The notes under the pieces are model-generated. The model searched no databases, was not told the origin of the DNA, and saw only the letters and a list, made by a program, of their open reading frames with translations. The translations under genes were made by a program, and so were the position numbers. A DNA stretch of 64,000 nucleotides from Aigarchaeota archaeon (lineage in GTDB: Archaea > Thermoproteota > Nitrososphaeria_A > Caldarchaeales > Calditenuaceae), in the NCBI GenBank assembly GCA_025059745.1, contig JANXDH010000004.1:47783-111782 (forward strand), written 5' to 3'. Below are positions 62,511 to 64,000 of the stretch, one piece after another. Numbering within the stretch: position 1 is the first letter of the stretch; each line of letters begins with the position of its first letter.

Positions 62511-63839
62511 CTACGTGACGGATTTCGTGAACCTCATCCCGCGGACTAATAGGTAGGGGGCGTAGACCGGTACGTTCACCTCCCACCATTTTATCCAGTA
62601 CTTGTCTGAGGAGATGGCTTCGATGTTCTTGAGCAGGGACAGAATGTTGTCGCTCAACCTGAGGCCCTTGATCGGCCTCTCTATGCTGCCATTCTTGATG
62701 AGGAAAAGTCCGTCGCGTGGTAACGTCGAGAACGAGCCGGACCTCATGTTGTGATACCTGAGGTACCAGTCGTTGGTGATGAAGATACCTTTATCGACCT
62801 TCGAGATCAGGTCCGTGCCCCTCGGCCCCTCGCCCTCAACGACTAGGTTGAATGGGTGCGGTACTATGAGTCCTGCGTTGGCCGTGCTCTCGGTGCCGAA
62901 CTTCTTTGCGGTCCAGCTGTTATGAAGGTAGTTGACTAATCGGCCTTCCTTGATTATGGAGGTCCTCCTAGTTGGTAGACCTTCCGCGTCGAAGGCGGTA
63001 GAGCCGTACGACCCTATGACGGTCGGATCGTCTGCCAGACTTAGACTGGGGTTGGTCACCTCGCTACCTAACTTCCCCGTGAGGAAGGAGCTCTGTGCGT
63101 CGACTAAGTACGCAGAGGCTGCATATCCGACCTCCTCTAAGAGGTTGGCCGTGGTCATCGGTCCTATCACCGCGTCGTACACGCCCTCATCGCAGTCCGA
63201 TGGGTCCTCCGAGAGCGTTGCTATCTCCGATGCCAAGTCCCCCACCATCTCAGGCCTAAAGTCCTCTTCTCTGGCCGCGCACGTGGCGAACTGCCCGCTC
63301 GAATATTTGTTGACGAAGGCCCGTAATGAGAGCTCAACACAATTCTTGACCTCCTCCACTTCCACACAACCAGTTGTCTGTAGGGTCCTGCGGATATTAT
63401 GAAAGTACAGTGAACCAGCGACTCTCGAGACTTTCCCCTTCAGTGCAGAGTTTATGCCCGCCTCGGCCCACTCGACCATCTTATCGTGACCCTGCCACCG
63501 CATGGTCGGTTTAAGGAGCGCATCCTCGTATCTGAGCGGTGTGTGTGGTAGAGGCGCATATACGTCTGATGGTGGACTCTCTAAAGCCATCCTCGACACC
63601 CTTTTCACCAGCTCCGATAGTGCGCCCTTTCTGACCTCGCTGGTGCCCGCCATCGCCCTCCTCTCCCTGAAGACGACGTAGACCGAGACGTAACCCTCTG
63701 AGAACGAGTTGTATACGCTGATCTCGTTATTTGCGATCCTCATCATGTAAGTTTTGGTCCTGATGTACTCCGTTGCCACGTCGCTCGCACCGAGCTTGAG
63801 TGCTACTTCTCTGACGTGCTTGAGGAGCGCGCTAGACAT
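62511..63839 (-). CDS. TldD/PmbA family metallopeptidase
   Basis: 442 aa. The overall pattern, including the C-terminal GLFLIKNGSI..PIKGLRLSDNIL.LL, fits the TldD/PmbA family. Confidence 0.7.
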   Translation of the reverse strand: MSSALLKHVREVALKLGASDVATEYIRTKTYMMRIANNEISVYNSFSEGYVSVYVVFRERRAMAGTSEVRKGALSELVKRVSRMALESPPSDVYAPLPHTPLRYEDALLKPTMRWQGHDKMVEWAEAGINSALKGKVSRVAGSLYFHNIRRTLQTTGCVEVEEVKNCVELSLRAFVNKYSSGQFATCAAREEDFRPEMVGDLASEIATLSEDPSDCDEGVYDAVIGPMTTANLLEEVGYAASAYLVDAQSSFLTGKLGSEVTNPSLSLADDPTVIGSYGSTAFDAEGLPTRRTSIIKEGRLVNYLHNSWTAKKFGTESTANAGLIVPHPFNLVVEGEGPRGTDLISKVDKGIFITNDWYLRYHNMRSGSFSTLPRDGLFLIKNGSIERPIKGLRLSDNILSLLKNIEAISSDKYWIKWWEVNVPVYAPYLLVRGMRFTKSVT

Positions 63840-63883
63840 TAGTATAACTTATTTATCGTGGAAAAATTTAATGTTATTAGCGT

Positions 63884-64000
63884 GTGATCGCCGCGATCGA
63901 GTACCCCGTGATGGATAGGGGCCGGCTCAGCAGAGAATGCTTCTATATAGTCGACTCAGTGGGTGAGAAGGTACTTAACAGGCGCGAGGGTCAGACTAGG
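63884..64000 (+). CDS. hypothetical protein, 5' fragment (runs off the right edge)
   Basis: The frame is open from GTG 63884 to the window end (MIAAIEYPVMDRGRLSRECFYIVDSVGEKVLNRREGQTR...). It is divergent from the TldD/PmbA gene, with an A/T-rich stretch upstream. Too short to assign. Confidence 0.25.
   Translation, partial: MIAAIEYPVMDRGRLSRECFYIVDSVGEKVLNRREGQTR

Noticed and set aside
1-64000. CRISPR arrays, rRNA genes, IS elements, long DNA tandem repeats
   Set aside because: Scanning by eye found no regularly spaced direct repeats, no rRNA-like segments and no transposase-like ORFs. The only short repeats are the promoter-region motifs reported above.

Overview
This is an archaeal chromosomal window that is almost fully coding, with about 75 genes, many overlapping starts and stops, and frequent GTG/TTG starts. 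G+C is moderate and codon use is AGG/AGA/ATA-rich, which looks thermophile-like. The window is dominated by core information-processing genes. These include the rpoH-rpoB-rpoA-rpl30e-nusA block followed by tbp and rps12. They also include rpl39e-rpl31e-aIF6 ... pfdA-ftsY, and a long minus-strand array smc-scpA-scpB-secE-spt5-rpl11 that converges on rpl1. Three tRNAs are present: Ser-GGA with an intron, Arg-TCT and Ala-TGC. Metabolic and housekeeping genes include cimA, GGGP synthase, moaB, glyS, agmatinase, lipB/lipA/lpd, thrC, GGPP synthase, a pstSCAB-phoU operon with a divergent AbrB-PhoU regulator, a Fur-like regulator next to Mn-catalase, and a cupredoxin. Elf1, unsplit rpoB, unsplit rpoA and SMC-ScpAB together suggest a TACK-type lineage, possibly related to Thaumarchaeota/Aigarchaeota; this is inference only. 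No CRISPR array, IS element, integrase or rRNA was seen. The observations most worth follow-up are: (1) a single unsplit 1266-aa rpoA; (2) an rpl11 gene that encodes only the C-terminal domain; (3) a cluster of two paralogous C4HC3 RING/PHD-like zinc-finger proteins with coiled-coil partners; (4) an A/T-rich, codon-atypical island beside tRNA-Arg carrying one orphan 352-aa ORF with nuclease-like features; (5) an orphan CoxL-like molybdoenzyme subunit inserted into the conserved aIF6-pfdA ribosomal cluster.
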